Of a DNA stretch of 64,000 nucleotides, positions 50,447-60,664 are shown one piece after another (the stretch's first letter is position 1; the number at the start of each line of letters is the position of its first letter). Location of the stretch: positions 133,655-197,654 of the forward strand of contig CAZQXN010000001.1 in the NCBI GenBank assembly GCA_964597545.1. Direction: 5' to 3'. A program made the position numbers and the translations under genes. The notes under the pieces are model-generated. The model worked only from the letters and a program-made list of their open reading frames with translations, was not told the DNA's origin and ran no database searches. The DNA comes from an uncultured Planctomycetia bacterium. Its GTDB lineage: Bacteria > Omnitrophota > Gorgyraeia > 1-14-0-20-64-10.

Positions 50447-51177
50447 AGGGGTCTGACCCCTTTCTGGGTTTTAGGGGTCTGACCCCTTTGGTTCCTTTGG
50501 TATGGTACCGGAATGAAGATAATCGTGCACTCCCCTTTTGGAGCGCGAGTAGTATACCGTGCCAGAACCTCGCTTGTCGAGCCGCGCGTCAGCTCCTCGT
50601 GCATCTTGGTCAGCTCCCGAGCAACCGCCACTGGGATTTCGCCTAGCACCTTCTGGATCGTCTGGAGGGTTTTGACCACCCGATAAGGGGATTCAAAGCA
50701 GACAACAGGGTCTTCTTCCTCGGCCAGGCCGCGAAGCCACCGCTCCATGGCAGCCGACTTCTTTGGGGGGAAACCTTCAAATTGAAACCGCTCCCCCCGA
50801 AAACCAGAGAGGGCCAGCGCCGTGGTGACGGCTGAGGGGCCGGGGATCACCTCTACGCGGACTCCAGCAGCATGTGTCTGGGTAACCAGATCCGCCCCTG
50901 GGTCAGAAACCGTCGGCATCCCGGCATCGGTCACCAAGGCAATCGATTCACCGGCCTTAAGCCTCTCAAGCAATTGGGCCCCTTTGGCGCGCTCGTTGTG
51001 CTCATGGAGCGAGGTAAGTGCTGTTGTAACCCCATGCCGCATAAAGAGTTGCTTGGTCCGGCGCGTATCCTCGGCCGCCACCAGAGAAACCTCCTTAAGC
51101 ACCTTGAGAGCCCTTAAGGTAACGTCCTCAAGGTTGCCGATCGGGGTACCCACCAGATACAGCGTGCCTGCGCTCAT
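50443..51177 (-). CDS. rsmI: 16S rRNA C1402 2'-O-methyltransferase
   Basis: GTPIGNLED, AEDTRRT, DAGMP.VSDPG and RELTK motifs. Confidence 0.95.
   Translation of the reverse strand: MSAGTLYLVGTPIGNLEDVTLRALKVLKEVSLVAAEDTRRTKQLFMRHGVTTALTSLHEHNERAKGAQLLERLKAGESIALVTDAGMPTVSDPGADLVTQTHAAGVRVEVIPGPSAVTTALALSGFRGERFQFEGFPPKKSAAMERWLRGLAEEEDPVVCFESPYRVVKTLQTIQKVLGEIPVAVARELTKMHEELTRGSTSEVLARYTTRAPKGECTIIFIPVPYQRNQRGQTPKTQKGVRPL
50445..50489. repeat. Two REP-like palindromes at the rsmI/lpxA junction
   Basis: aggggtctgacccct occurs twice. Confidence 0.85.
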
Positions 51178-51875
51178 CAGGTCAAATCACAGAACCAAAA
51201 ACCATCGCGCTCAACCACCTCTCCTCGGTTGATCTGAATGGGCCGGCGAAAGATCGGTCCGTCATAGACAAAGGTATGAAACTCTCCATTCTCTCCGCAG
51301 GGGTCAACCCCCTCCGGAAGATCGTCAAGGAATCGCTGGTCATACTCCCGCCCACAAAAAGAGGGGTCTACCTGCTTGGGATCCACGCAAACCACTACCG
51401 CCTTAAAACCGGCCTCAATAAAATACCGGGCAAGGCTTCGGGTCTCCTTCTGCCACAAGGGAAAGATCCCTTGCATATCGACCCGGCTTAAGTTCTTCTC
51501 CCGATAGCTTCGGATATCCTCTAAGAACAGATCCCCGAATCCCACTCGCTTAATCCCCTTGGCCTGGTGGCGCGCGAGGAGGTTGCGCATCGCCTCTTCA
51601 TACGCCTCATTAGAGGCCTGGGGTGGAATACGAACCTGCTCCAGGGACAGCTCAAGCGAGGCAGCCTGCTGCTCCAAAAGACGGCACCGAACTCCATGCA
51701 TGCTGATTCGCTCATAACCCTCGGTCACGGTGGTGATCAACCCCTTGACCCGAAGGGCGGGCTCCTTAAGCAAAACCTCCAGCGCCAGGGCGCTGTCCTT
51801 ACCTCCGCTCCAGCCTACAAGGATTGGTTCAGTGGAAATGGTCAGCTTTTCGGTTCGATCTTGCAGGAGGGGCAC
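51177..51875 (-). CDS. PP-loop ATPase (diphthine-ammonia ligase / MJ0570-like)
   Basis: WSGGKDS and DPCGENGEFHT motifs. Confidence 0.88.
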   Translation of the reverse strand: MPLLQDRTEKLTISTEPILVGWSGGKDSALALEVLLKEPALRVKGLITTVTEGYERISMHGVRCRLLEQQAASLELSLEQVRIPPQASNEAYEEAMRNLLARHQAKGIKRVGFGDLFLEDIRSYREKNLSRVDMQGIFPLWQKETRSLARYFIEAGFKAVVVCVDPKQVDPSFCGREYDQRFLDDLPEGVDPCGENGEFHTFVYDGPIFRRPIQINRGEVVERDGFWFCDLT

Positions 51876-52075
51876 AGCTTAAAAAGCGAGACCAGGCTGA
51901 TCACTCCTGCCAAGCCAATCACCGCGTAGACCACGCGGGAAGCAGTGCTCATCGGCCCGAGCAACCCGGCCACCAAATCGATCTGGAAGATCCCAACCAA
52001 CCCCCAGTTGATCGCCCCGATAATCACCAAAATGGGCGCCAGCTTACAACCCGGACATCCTGTTTCTTGTGTCAT
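51842..52075 (-). CDS. DUF378-family small membrane protein
   Basis: LVIIGAINWGLVG...RVVYAVIGLAG. Confidence 0.85.
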   Translation of the reverse strand: MTQETGCPGCKLAPILVIIGAINWGLVGIFQIDLVAGLLGPMSTASRVVYAVIGLAGVISLVSLFKLCPSCKIEPKS

Positions 52076-52243
52076 CGTCACATCCTCCTTTTTCTTTGAG
52101 ATGCGGTTGTATTGTATCAGGATTCACAACGCTCCACACCAAACCCCTGCAAGATGGGTTAATGGTGATCTAGTGTTTGTTAGCGCTGCTTGCATTTTCA
52201 CCCTTAAATCGGGTAGACTTAATGCATACAGGATAAAACAGTT

Positions 52244-55200
52244 ATGGGGAAATCTTTCACCAGAATCTTTACCCTTTTGCTGGCGCTAAGCCTTGCCCTG
52301 CCAAGTCCTGCTTGGGCCCTGCGCAGTCAAGAACCCATAGAGACTACTGCAGCCACTGGGCTCGAAGAGGCCCTCTCCGGCCGGAAGGAAGGGGAAGCGC
52401 ACGTTGATGGCCACCTCATAGCAAGGCGCTTCGCCGAGCTGCTCAGGGAGGGGCGGACCAACCCAGCAATTCACTCTGGCGCGCCCTCCTCAAAACCGCT
52501 TCAGCGAGACGACATTACGCGAACCGACGCCAGAGAGGTGGTTTGGGAGTTGAGCGAAAAGGCGCTTAAGGGTGCGCTCAACGAACTGTGGGAGCGAGTG
52601 CTGCGGCACTCCGCTTATTGGAGACAGTTCCGCAAAGAGATCGATGTGGGCGCGCTCGGTCCAAAATATATAGAGCAGGGAATCGTCGATCACCTGTTCT
52701 CCATCTTAAGACACCCATTGGCCAATGCCGTTGATGCCTTGGTGCGAGCGTCCTATCCGGTTTTCGAGGATGCCGAGATTGCCGTCCTATGGTCTGTGCG
52801 GGGGCAGGAAATCCGGATTCAGATTTTGGATACAGGCTCTGGAATCGCCCCGGATGCCCTTGGTGTGCTGGGTCAAGAACTCATCGAAAACGACAAGGCG
52901 GACGAACTGGGGTCTTTTGGGCGGCAGGGGCGCGGGGCGTTCATTGCTGCGCGCTTGGCTGCAGCAGAAAATTGGCAGCTCAGTTTCGCCAACCGCGATG
53001 GCACAGGGGGCGCTGTCGTATCGCTGATTATCCCCCTCACCCCCACCCTCTCCGGCCAGGAGGAAACTTGGGAATTAAAAATCCAAGCCGGTTATACCGA
53101 TGCTCAAGTGACCGTTTTAGGCGTGGGCTTTATCGGCAGCCGAATCATGCAGCGTCTTTTGGGCTCCTACGGAGCGCTGGTCCGGACGGTCAAGGGAACC
53201 ACCACGAAAGCTTCTGAAAATCTCGCCACTCGGTTCTCCGATTTCCCCGCCTACCCGAAGCTGGCTCCAATCCAAGGAGATCACCGCAATGCCGAAAGCG
53301 TTCGCCGGTTCATTGGGGACTCCAAAGTCATCCTAGATACTGCCGGTCTTGCTTGGCAACACAAATCCGGGGGCAAGCCCGCCACCTTGGAAGAGGAGCT
53401 GCTCCAGAATGCAGCCAGCGCGGCGCTGATCGGACAACTGCTGGGTTCCTATCAGCGCCTCGTCTGGACCTCCAGCAACGCGGCCGATTACATGTTGGCT
53501 CGATTGCGCACTCATGAACAAGCTGTGCTCCTGAAAGAAATCGACGAGCGCGCCCGGCGCTACGTTCAATTCTCCAAGGGCCTTCCCTCTCAAGAAGCGT
53601 GGGGTGATTTCGTCCGACAGGATTTAGCTGAGTTTCAACCGCAAACTTTTGAAAAAGGCCCTAATCAAGCGGCAGCGGTCTTTGCAAAGGCATTCAGCTA
53701 TCCTTACTCCAAGCGGCTGGGGGAGCGAATATTAGAAATTGTATCGGAGGATCCAGAGAAAGACATCTGGGTGCTCAGGATCTCAGATGTATACGGCCCA
53801 GGCCAAGGTTTAGGGAAGGAGTTCTGGCATCCGGAGCGCGAGCGGCGGAAAGCAGCCAGGCGTCCACAATGGTTCATGGCGATTTTTGAAGCGATTCGCA
53901 ACGGGCAATTTGAGCCCTGGAAAACGGGGCAGGATTTCTTTCAAAGCAAGAACGAGCAGACCATCTACAACGACTTTGTGGCCCCTGTTTATATTGATGA
54001 TGTCGTGGAGATGATCCTGCGCGCCTCTGTGTTGGAAAAAGATTCGGACACTCCAGGTTCCGCAGTCCTCCAACTAAGCGCCCCGTGGATGACCAATCAG
54101 GCGATGGCCGAAACTATTGCCCAACAGGTCGGAATCGATCTGAACATTGCTGTGGGGGATCCGATCCTTCGACAGCAGCCGCTGGCAGCAAATTCGGGCT
54201 TGGCCCTTTTGGGCATGCAGGGAGAGCTTACCTCTTTTGAGGATGGGGTGGCCCGCCATTTGGACTGGTGGCGCCAGCCTCAGGTCCCCGCCGGCCAGGA
54301 GGAGAAACGAGCGCTGGCTCGGCATCTGAGGGATTGGGTAATCCCTCGGCTGCGGGCTCAGCTCCAGGCGGAGGAACAGATCGGTGTCGGCCGTCTGCGC
54401 AGGACGATCGGCGAGATTCAAAGCGACCAACCCTTTATCCAGGGAGGGGTGGCCTATGTGCCTGCTCGCCAAGGCCGATTGATTGTCCTTGGGGATCTCC
54501 ACGGAGATCTGGTCATGTTTGAGAAGATCCTTGACCAAGTGGGGTACGACCCCGAGATCAATCCAACGCTTCCGCCCGAACTTCAAGCGCACCTGGTGAT
54601 GGCTGGGGACCTTGCGGAGGGGGGTAGGCAGAACATCAAGCTGGCCAATCGGCTGGGGGAAATCAAGCTGAAGGATCCGAATCACGTCATCTTCGCAGGG
54701 GGCAACCACGACCAGGAATTGGTTCTGTGGGATTCACCGATCATCTCGAAGTATCCTCATTTCACCTTCTTGTCCAAAGAGCTGGCTGACCTGTTGGGGC
54801 CGGAGGAGGGAATGTCGATCTACGGGGATTGGAATGGTCTTGGGCGCGCACTTCCGGTCCTGATCGCTTTCCCCAACGGGATCGTCGTTGTGCATGGAGG
54901 GGGGCCCTCTCTGGCAAATCCTCCGCCACCTGGGCTTCCAGAGCAATTCCGCACCACCTTCAGCCCCGAAGCGGGCCTGTTGGGCATTGAGAATCCCATC
55001 ATCCAGGACCAGATGTCGTTTAACTTCCTGTGGGGATCCCACCTGGCTCGTTCCATGCCTGAGGTTGATGAGGTGATCGCGCTCAGCTCTAGAACCAGCG
55101 AGCGGGGAATGCACCCCGGCTTCTGGATCTCGCGGAACAGCCATTTTGGGTTCCTGGATTCGATTGGGGGGAAGGTTTTGGTTCGGGGACACGACTCCTG

Positions 55201-58200
55201 GGCCCCTCACGATCAAGTGTTCTACGATGGGACCGTCTTAACGCTTCAGTCCACCGATTATCGCTCACCAGACCACGCCTTCCAGAGGGATCGTCAACTG
55301 ATCGGCCGCTACGCTGAGTTCGATTTAAGCCAGACCTATGACCGGATTGATCCTGAGGGGGTAGTCAAGTATCTGTCCTGGGCCTCCGGCCTGGAGGAGG
55401 ATATTGCGGCCGAGGCGGCCGCTCTTCAAGAAGAGGGTCGGCCATTCAAGTTGGACCTGCATTGGCACGGCGTCGATCCGGATGGAAGATATCAAAAGGA
55501 CGGCAATGTCTCTCTTGTCAGCATTGGGTTCGACAGAGGGCGAGCGGATGTGCGGGGTGCCGCGCAACATGTGCAGCAAGCGCTCAGGCAGGCCACGGAT
55601 CATCCAGATGTGCGCATCGTAGCCGGCGGCAGCGAGAACTATGTTGCTGTCCTGCTGCCGCGGAAGCCTTGGGGGATGGAACGTGTTGCGCGCGAAGAGC
55701 TTCCGGGTGACCTCTCAGAGTGGCTCACTGTCATTGTGGGCGATTCCCTGGGCCTGGACTTTCTCTCTCTGGAACAGCAAGAGCGGTTCCCCACAGCATC
55801 CCTCCAGATATTGGTTCAGGGAAAGGAGGCCGTCTTGCCGCCTCACGCTGAAGAGGTCGTTCTCGCCAAGAAGGGCGGCGACGGTGTGGATGCCCTGCTG
55901 ACAGATCTGCTTCGGGTAATCGAGCGGGGCGGGCAGTACCAGGAGGTGGAATCCTTTGGAGAGCAACTGCCAGGGGACTTCCAGGATAAAGCCCTTAATC
56001 CTAAAAGATTGCATCTTATCTTTGATGTCGACAGCACGTTGATGGCCTCACTGGACACGTTTGATGCGCAGCAGCACGGAAAGCAGGGGCAGGAATTTAA
56101 GGGGGAGCGGCTGGAGAATATCGCCCGTCTGGCGGAGCGCGGCGTCTTCTTCAGGTTTGGAAGCGGCAAGGCCTTAGAGGAGGTCTCCGGTGACCGAGCC
56201 GTTCCTGACTGGGATCGTCTGCTGATCCCAGTTGTAAAGGCTTTCATGGATCGCAGGATCCCTGTGCAGCAAGTGGGATACGACGGCGTTTCCGGACAGC
56301 AAAAGGTGCGGGTGCGACCCGGAACAGAAGAACTGCGCTTTAGCCGAAGAGAGCTTCCGATCAGCCCGGATCGTCAGGTTTTTACGAATCAAGAGGTGAT
56401 ACGGCTCTTCCGCTTAGGCCTCCAGGCGGTCCAAGCCAATGCCAAGCCGACTCAACCGGGAGCCGACGCCGCCGGTCAGGAGGAGATAGCACAGGTTGCA
56501 GTAGAGGCTAGAATTTTAGCAATGGATCTAGGCGGAACTAACCTTCGGATCGGTTTGGTCAATAAGCGGACAGGAGAACTGTTTCCTGGAACGTTGCGCG
56601 CGCATCCCCTCGAATTCCTTCCGGGCACATCGCATGCCTCTGGTCGGAATGCCGAGGTGATCCTCCATCAGATTCTAACAGCTGCTCAAGCCTTATTGTC
56701 AGATATAGGGTTGGATTCTTTCGCTGAGATTGGAGGTGTCGCAGTGAGTATTGCCGGCAGCCTGAGGGAAGGGGAGGGGGTTGTTCGTTTTCAAGCAAAC
56801 CTCCCCTTTTCAGGACAGAATCTTGCTGCGCTCCTATCGCACCGGTTTAATGTTCCTCCGCAAGCCATTGTTCTTTCAAATGACGTAAGGGCTGGACTTC
56901 GAGCTGAGATGCACTATGGCGCGGGTCAAGGGCGCCGGGCCGGCTCGGTCGGATATTTCTCGGTGGGAACCTCCGCCAATGGGGCTTTTTTATCCGATAA
57001 GGGAGAAATAGTTAAGTTAGACTCAATTGATTTGATCAGATCGTGGATCAGGGAAGTCTCCATGCGTGCCGGAGGAATGCACCTACCACATCGGGCAGTA
57101 GAACAGGGAATGCCCTCAGCCACTGTTGGGACAACACAACAGGTTTGGGAGCAGGCGCAGGCGAGCCATGAAACTGCCAAAAAACTTATTCGGAAAGCAG
57201 CTGAGTCGATAGGAGAGGCTCTCGTCAAGATTACGGAGGCCGTAACAAAAGAGCAGGAGTTTCTTTGGATCCTCGGTGGCGGTGTGGTTGAAGGAATGGG
57301 TGAGCCGTTTGTTGAACAAATTCGGGCTTCAGCCGATCAGGAGCTCCATGAATCCCGTCGTGGACAAAGAATTACCATTTGTCTCTCTCCGTTGGATGGC
57401 CGAGAACGAGGGCTTCGTGGTGCAGCTTTGAGCGTTGCCGCCGGGCTGGAGGAGCAGGTTTCCCAGCGGGATGCGGCCGATATTAATCTGCTTTTCCAGC
57501 ATCTGGCCAACCCGGTAGATCAGCGGCAGATGCCCGAAACGTTCGATGCGGTCGTGGTCCTTGGTAATCCGAATCCTCAGCAAAATGGGGCGGCGGCGGC
57601 CGAAGCGATCCATCAGTTTAAACCAAGCTTCGTTGTGATAACAGGCACAGCCGAAGAAACACCTCAGTTTAAGAACGTGCTGTCCCAGCACGGCATTAAG
57701 GATCTCATCGAAGATGCAGCTGCGAGGCATACGGGGGACAATGCTCGAAACAGCGCCCGACTGCTGAAACCCAAAGGGCTTCCCGATTCCCCGAACATTC
57801 TTCTGGTCTCTGACCCACTGGCGGCAACCATCGCTCTGCGATTTTTCGAGCTGCAGTTTGCAGATGAATGGGGAGGGCCGGCAAATTTCTACAGCTACAC
57901 AGCCTCGTTGCCTAGCGTAACACCGGGAACGAACCGTAGCGAATTGGGAATGCAAGTGCAAGCGGGGATCAATATTTTTAGGAGCCTTAACGACTATGCT
58001 GGCACGTTCATTTCGGATCACGAAGCAGATCGGGATCCTCAAGTGGCCGCAGCGGTGCAGCGGCTTCGTGACCAAAACTATACCGCCGGCCAGGAGGAAA
58101 GCGCACTAGCGCAGGCTTTGTCCGACCCTGAGGTGCAAGCGGGCCTGGAGGACAAGGGCTGGGCCCAAACGAAAGCGCTGGGGCCAACTGTCTTTGTTGG

Positions 58201-58597
58201 GGACCCAACCCAGCTGAGAGCGCCAATCGGGTGGCTCTTTCTGCACGCAGGACTCAATAGACCAAAGGGGCTCTCTCCCAATACGCCGGTGGTTCGGATG
58301 CGCGCGGACAGCGTCCCGGAAATGCTTGTCTTTTATGATGAGCAGAAGCTCTCCGGAAGGGATGTGTCGCTGGTCAACATGACTCTGGTTACCCCGGAGG
58401 AGGTCTGGGCCTCTTTGCCGGTTACCGATGACCCGCATGCAGTGATCGGGGCCTTGAGCGGGGCTGAGCCGAATGCCGCGGAGACCAAACTACTTGCGGT
58501 TATCTCTCGCCGGGTGGGACCGATTTTTAGCTGGAAAACCACCCGCTATACCGCCCAAGACGGGCGGACCTACCTCGTCATCCAAATCCAGGTGTAA
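52244..58597 (+). CDS. 2117-aa signal-peptide multi-module protein (HATPase, SDR epimerase, metallophosphoesterase, HAD-like, ROK, DUF218-like modules plus conserved C-terminal domain)
   Basis: Sec-type signal (LPSPAWA|LR); recognisable family motifs in each module; modules delimited by (A/S)G(L/Q)EE. Confidence 0.85.
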   Translation: MGKSFTRIFTLLLALSLALPSPAWALRSQEPIETTAATGLEEALSGRKEGEAHVDGHLIARRFAELLREGRTNPAIHSGAPSSKPLQRDDITRTDAREVVWELSEKALKGALNELWERVLRHSAYWRQFRKEIDVGALGPKYIEQGIVDHLFSILRHPLANAVDALVRASYPVFEDAEIAVLWSVRGQEIRIQILDTGSGIAPDALGVLGQELIENDKADELGSFGRQGRGAFIAARLAAAENWQLSFANRDGTGGAVVSLIIPLTPTLSGQEETWELKIQAGYTDAQVTVLGVGFIGSRIMQRLLGSYGALVRTVKGTTTKASENLATRFSDFPAYPKLAPIQGDHRNAESVRRFIGDSKVILDTAGLAWQHKSGGKPATLEEELLQNAASAALIGQLLGSYQRLVWTSSNAADYMLARLRTHEQAVLLKEIDERARRYVQFSKGLPSQEAWGDFVRQDLAEFQPQTFEKGPNQAAAVFAKAFSYPYSKRLGERILEIVSEDPEKDIWVLRISDVYGPGQGLGKEFWHPERERRKAARRPQWFMAIFEAIRNGQFEPWKTGQDFFQSKNEQTIYNDFVAPVYIDDVVEMILRASVLEKDSDTPGSAVLQLSAPWMTNQAMAETIAQQVGIDLNIAVGDPILRQQPLAANSGLALLGMQGELTSFEDGVARHLDWWRQPQVPAGQEEKRALARHLRDWVIPRLRAQLQAEEQIGVGRLRRTIGEIQSDQPFIQGGVAYVPARQGRLIVLGDLHGDLVMFEKILDQVGYDPEINPTLPPELQAHLVMAGDLAEGGRQNIKLANRLGEIKLKDPNHVIFAGGNHDQELVLWDSPIISKYPHFTFLSKELADLLGPEEGMSIYGDWNGLGRALPVLIAFPNGIVVVHGGGPSLANPPPPGLPEQFRTTFSPEAGLLGIENPIIQDQMSFNFLWGSHLARSMPEVDEVIALSSRTSERGMHPGFWISRNSHFGFLDSIGGKVLVRGHDSWAPHDQVFYDGTVLTLQSTDYRSPDHAFQRDRQLIGRYAEFDLSQTYDRIDPEGVVKYLSWASGLEEDIAAEAAALQEEGRPFKLDLHWHGVDPDGRYQKDGNVSLVSIGFDRGRADVRGAAQHVQQALRQATDHPDVRIVAGGSENYVAVLLPRKPWGMERVAREELPGDLSEWLTVIVGDSLGLDFLSLEQQERFPTASLQILVQGKEAVLPPHAEEVVLAKKGGDGVDALLTDLLRVIERGGQYQEVESFGEQLPGDFQDKALNPKRLHLIFDVDSTLMASLDTFDAQQHGKQGQEFKGERLENIARLAERGVFFRFGSGKALEEVSGDRAVPDWDRLLIPVVKAFMDRRIPVQQVGYDGVSGQQKVRVRPGTEELRFSRRELPISPDRQVFTNQEVIRLFRLGLQAVQANAKPTQPGADAAGQEEIAQVAVEARILAMDLGGTNLRIGLVNKRTGELFPGTLRAHPLEFLPGTSHASGRNAEVILHQILTAAQALLSDIGLDSFAEIGGVAVSIAGSLREGEGVVRFQANLPFSGQNLAALLSHRFNVPPQAIVLSNDVRAGLRAEMHYGAGQGRRAGSVGYFSVGTSANGAFLSDKGEIVKLDSIDLIRSWIREVSMRAGGMHLPHRAVEQGMPSATVGTTQQVWEQAQASHETAKKLIRKAAESIGEALVKITEAVTKEQEFLWILGGGVVEGMGEPFVEQIRASADQELHESRRGQRITICLSPLDGRERGLRGAALSVAAGLEEQVSQRDAADINLLFQHLANPVDQRQMPETFDAVVVLGNPNPQQNGAAAAEAIHQFKPSFVVITGTAEETPQFKNVLSQHGIKDLIEDAAARHTGDNARNSARLLKPKGLPDSPNILLVSDPLAATIALRFFELQFADEWGGPANFYSYTASLPSVTPGTNRSELGMQVQAGINIFRSLNDYAGTFISDHEADRDPQVAAAVQRLRDQNYTAGQEESALAQALSDPEVQAGLEDKGWAQTKALGPTVFVGDPTQLRAPIGWLFLHAGLNRPKGLSPNTPVVRMRADSVPEMLVFYDEQKLSGRDVSLVNMTLVTPEEVWASLPVTDDPHAVIGALSGAEPNAAETKLLAVISRRVGPIFSWKTTRYTAQDGRTYLVIQIQV

Positions 58598-58600
58598 AGA

Positions 58601-60664
58601 CTATACCGAGCCCCGGTAGGATTCTGCTGCCCGGCCAAAGAGATGGGTGGTCAGCTGGCAGGTGCACGCGAATACAAAGGTCGCAAAGAGATAGCTCTCT
58701 TCTGCCAACCGCCAGATGAGTTTCAGAGGGTTTAAGCGATCGAGCCGCCCCCTCCGGAGACTGGCTCCTGCCTCCTTCCAAAAGCGCTCAATAGGTTTGC
58801 GCGACCAGGTCAAAGAGGTGCTGAAGGGGTTGTGCTGCCGGATCCATAGCCAAAGGCGGGAAGGAACGCGCTGACTGCGGCGCACCATGTGCTGTGCGCA
58901 GGCCTTCCGGCGGCGGGCAAAGGCAACGGCCCGCTGATAGGCCCACTGAAGCTGGCGCTGGCGCAGCTGGCGCCATTGCAACACATCGGCGTGGCGCTTG
59001 CGGAGGTGCTCCACCACCAACCGCTCCACATCGCTGCGGGGGTGGGTCTGCAGCCAAAGCTCCTCGAGCTCAAAGAGTAGGTCTAACCAGCGCCTTGCGA
59101 AGGTCCGGCAATCCCTAAGGCGCCGCTTGAAATATTGCCAACGTCCTTCTATCGGCCAGCCCGGCCTGCGCTCAAGCCGGTGCCGAAGCTTAAAGAGGCC
59201 GTGGATCATGGGGTGACCCTGCTCGACCACAATGGCGTTCTTGTGCCAGAGGAGGTTGGCAAAAACCTTCCAGTAATTCTCAGCTGAAACCCGCCGGAGT
59301 ATCGCCTTCATGTTCTCCATGTCATAGAAAGAGACCCTGGCCTCGGCATAGGCCCCCCTCCATTCTTCTTGGGTCATCCGGGGGTGCTCAACGGTGGCAT
59401 GGCAGGTGTTATAACGGTTGAGGTCCGGATCCAGGGCTACCCCGCGGCGGATCAAGTCGGCATGGTCCTTGGAGCCGGGTAAGGGGGTCAGCATAAAGAA
59501 AGAGACCTGGTCGGGTGCCAGGGTGGTTTTTAGGGTCTCGATGTCCCGGCGCACCGACTCTCTGGTGTCGAACGGGAAACCGATGATGTAGGCCACGTGC
59601 GTGTTGATCCCTCCCGCACGGTAGGTGCGGATGGCCTCGCCAAACTTTTCGGTCCGATTCTGCCGCTTCTCGGCGGCCACGAGGTTGTCGGAGTTTAGGC
59701 TCTCCACCCCTAAGAAAACCTGGGTGCAGCCGGCCGCTTTGGCCTTCTCGATAAACCGGGGGGATTTGTACGACTGGGTATCCACCTGAATCATGAAGGA
59801 AAGTTTAATCCCCTCCTCCTTGTGCAGGCGGATCAAGGCATCAAAGATCGCCTCCCAGTGTCTGTTTCTGAAGAAGTTGTCATCTGAGAAGAAGTAATAA
59901 GAAATCTTGCGCCGGTGGTAATTGTCTCGAATCAGCTCCACTAATCGCTCCACCTCTCTGAATCGCATCTTGCGCCCCTGAACATTGATCACGGTGCAGA
60001 AGGAGCAGGCAAAGGGGCAACCCCGGCCGCAGTCTAGGGTGCCGAGATTGGGAGCTAAGAAGCGTTTTCTGTACCGCTCGCCCACCTTAGGCATGGGGGC
60101 GCTTTTTAAGTCGGGTGGGGAGCCCAAAAAGTTGTATACCTGCTGTCGCTTGCCCTCCAGCACATCCCGCAGGATACCCTCCCAGCGGCCCTCGATCTCG
60201 CCGGCAACCACCGTAACCCCGGCATCGATCAAGCGCTGGATCTCGGTTGGGATTTGAGGCAGCATGGCGATCGAACCACTCACATGGAAACCGCCGATTA
60301 AGACATCGACTCCGCCTGCGCGAAGCTGGAGCGCCAAGTCTGAGGCCCGGGCAAATTGGCATGACTGCACTCCAACCAAGCAAGTGACAACGTTGGTGTG
60401 TGGGTCGCGAGCGGCACGGAAGATCTTTTGGAGGCTAACCCGCTCCAGTGTCTCGTCGATCAGTGTGACCTTCCACTGGAGAGGCCCCAGGGCTTCTCTC
60501 TGGCGGACATCTTCGGTGAGGCCGTGCAGGCAGGCCAAGGTGTTGCTGGGCAGAAGTCCGCGCCAGTAACGGATGACATAGCCGTCATCGTCATACTGCG
60601 AGGGCTTGATCAGATAGATCGCCAGCCGTCGGATCTTGGGTTGGGTAAGTAGTAATGTCTTCAT
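58601..60664 (-). CDS. Radical SAM protein with cobalamin-binding-like N-terminal domain
   Basis: RGCPFACSFC, IGGFH and YIIGFP motifs. Confidence 0.88.
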   Translation of the reverse strand: MKTLLLTQPKIRRLAIYLIKPSQYDDDGYVIRYWRGLLPSNTLACLHGLTEDVRQREALGPLQWKVTLIDETLERVSLQKIFRAARDPHTNVVTCLVGVQSCQFARASDLALQLRAGGVDVLIGGFHVSGSIAMLPQIPTEIQRLIDAGVTVVAGEIEGRWEGILRDVLEGKRQQVYNFLGSPPDLKSAPMPKVGERYRKRFLAPNLGTLDCGRGCPFACSFCTVINVQGRKMRFREVERLVELIRDNYHRRKISYYFFSDDNFFRNRHWEAIFDALIRLHKEEGIKLSFMIQVDTQSYKSPRFIEKAKAAGCTQVFLGVESLNSDNLVAAEKRQNRTEKFGEAIRTYRAGGINTHVAYIIGFPFDTRESVRRDIETLKTTLAPDQVSFFMLTPLPGSKDHADLIRRGVALDPDLNRYNTCHATVEHPRMTQEEWRGAYAEARVSFYDMENMKAILRRVSAENYWKVFANLLWHKNAIVVEQGHPMIHGLFKLRHRLERRPGWPIEGRWQYFKRRLRDCRTFARRWLDLLFELEELWLQTHPRSDVERLVVEHLRKRHADVLQWRQLRQRQLQWAYQRAVAFARRRKACAQHMVRRSQRVPSRLWLWIRQHNPFSTSLTWSRKPIERFWKEAGASLRRGRLDRLNPLKLIWRLAEESYLFATFVFACTCQLTTHLFGRAAESYRGSV

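Noticed and set aside
53051-58099. GGAGGA in each linker as an internal Shine-Dalgarno allowing separate translation of modules
   Set aside because: No in-frame ATG, GTG or TTG at consistent 5-10 nt spacing after the copies.
58601-60664. Radical SAM gene as the maturase of the flanking polyproteins
   Set aside because: It is on the opposite strand, belongs to a widespread family, and lies outside the repeat-bounded cassette; adjacency is the only link.
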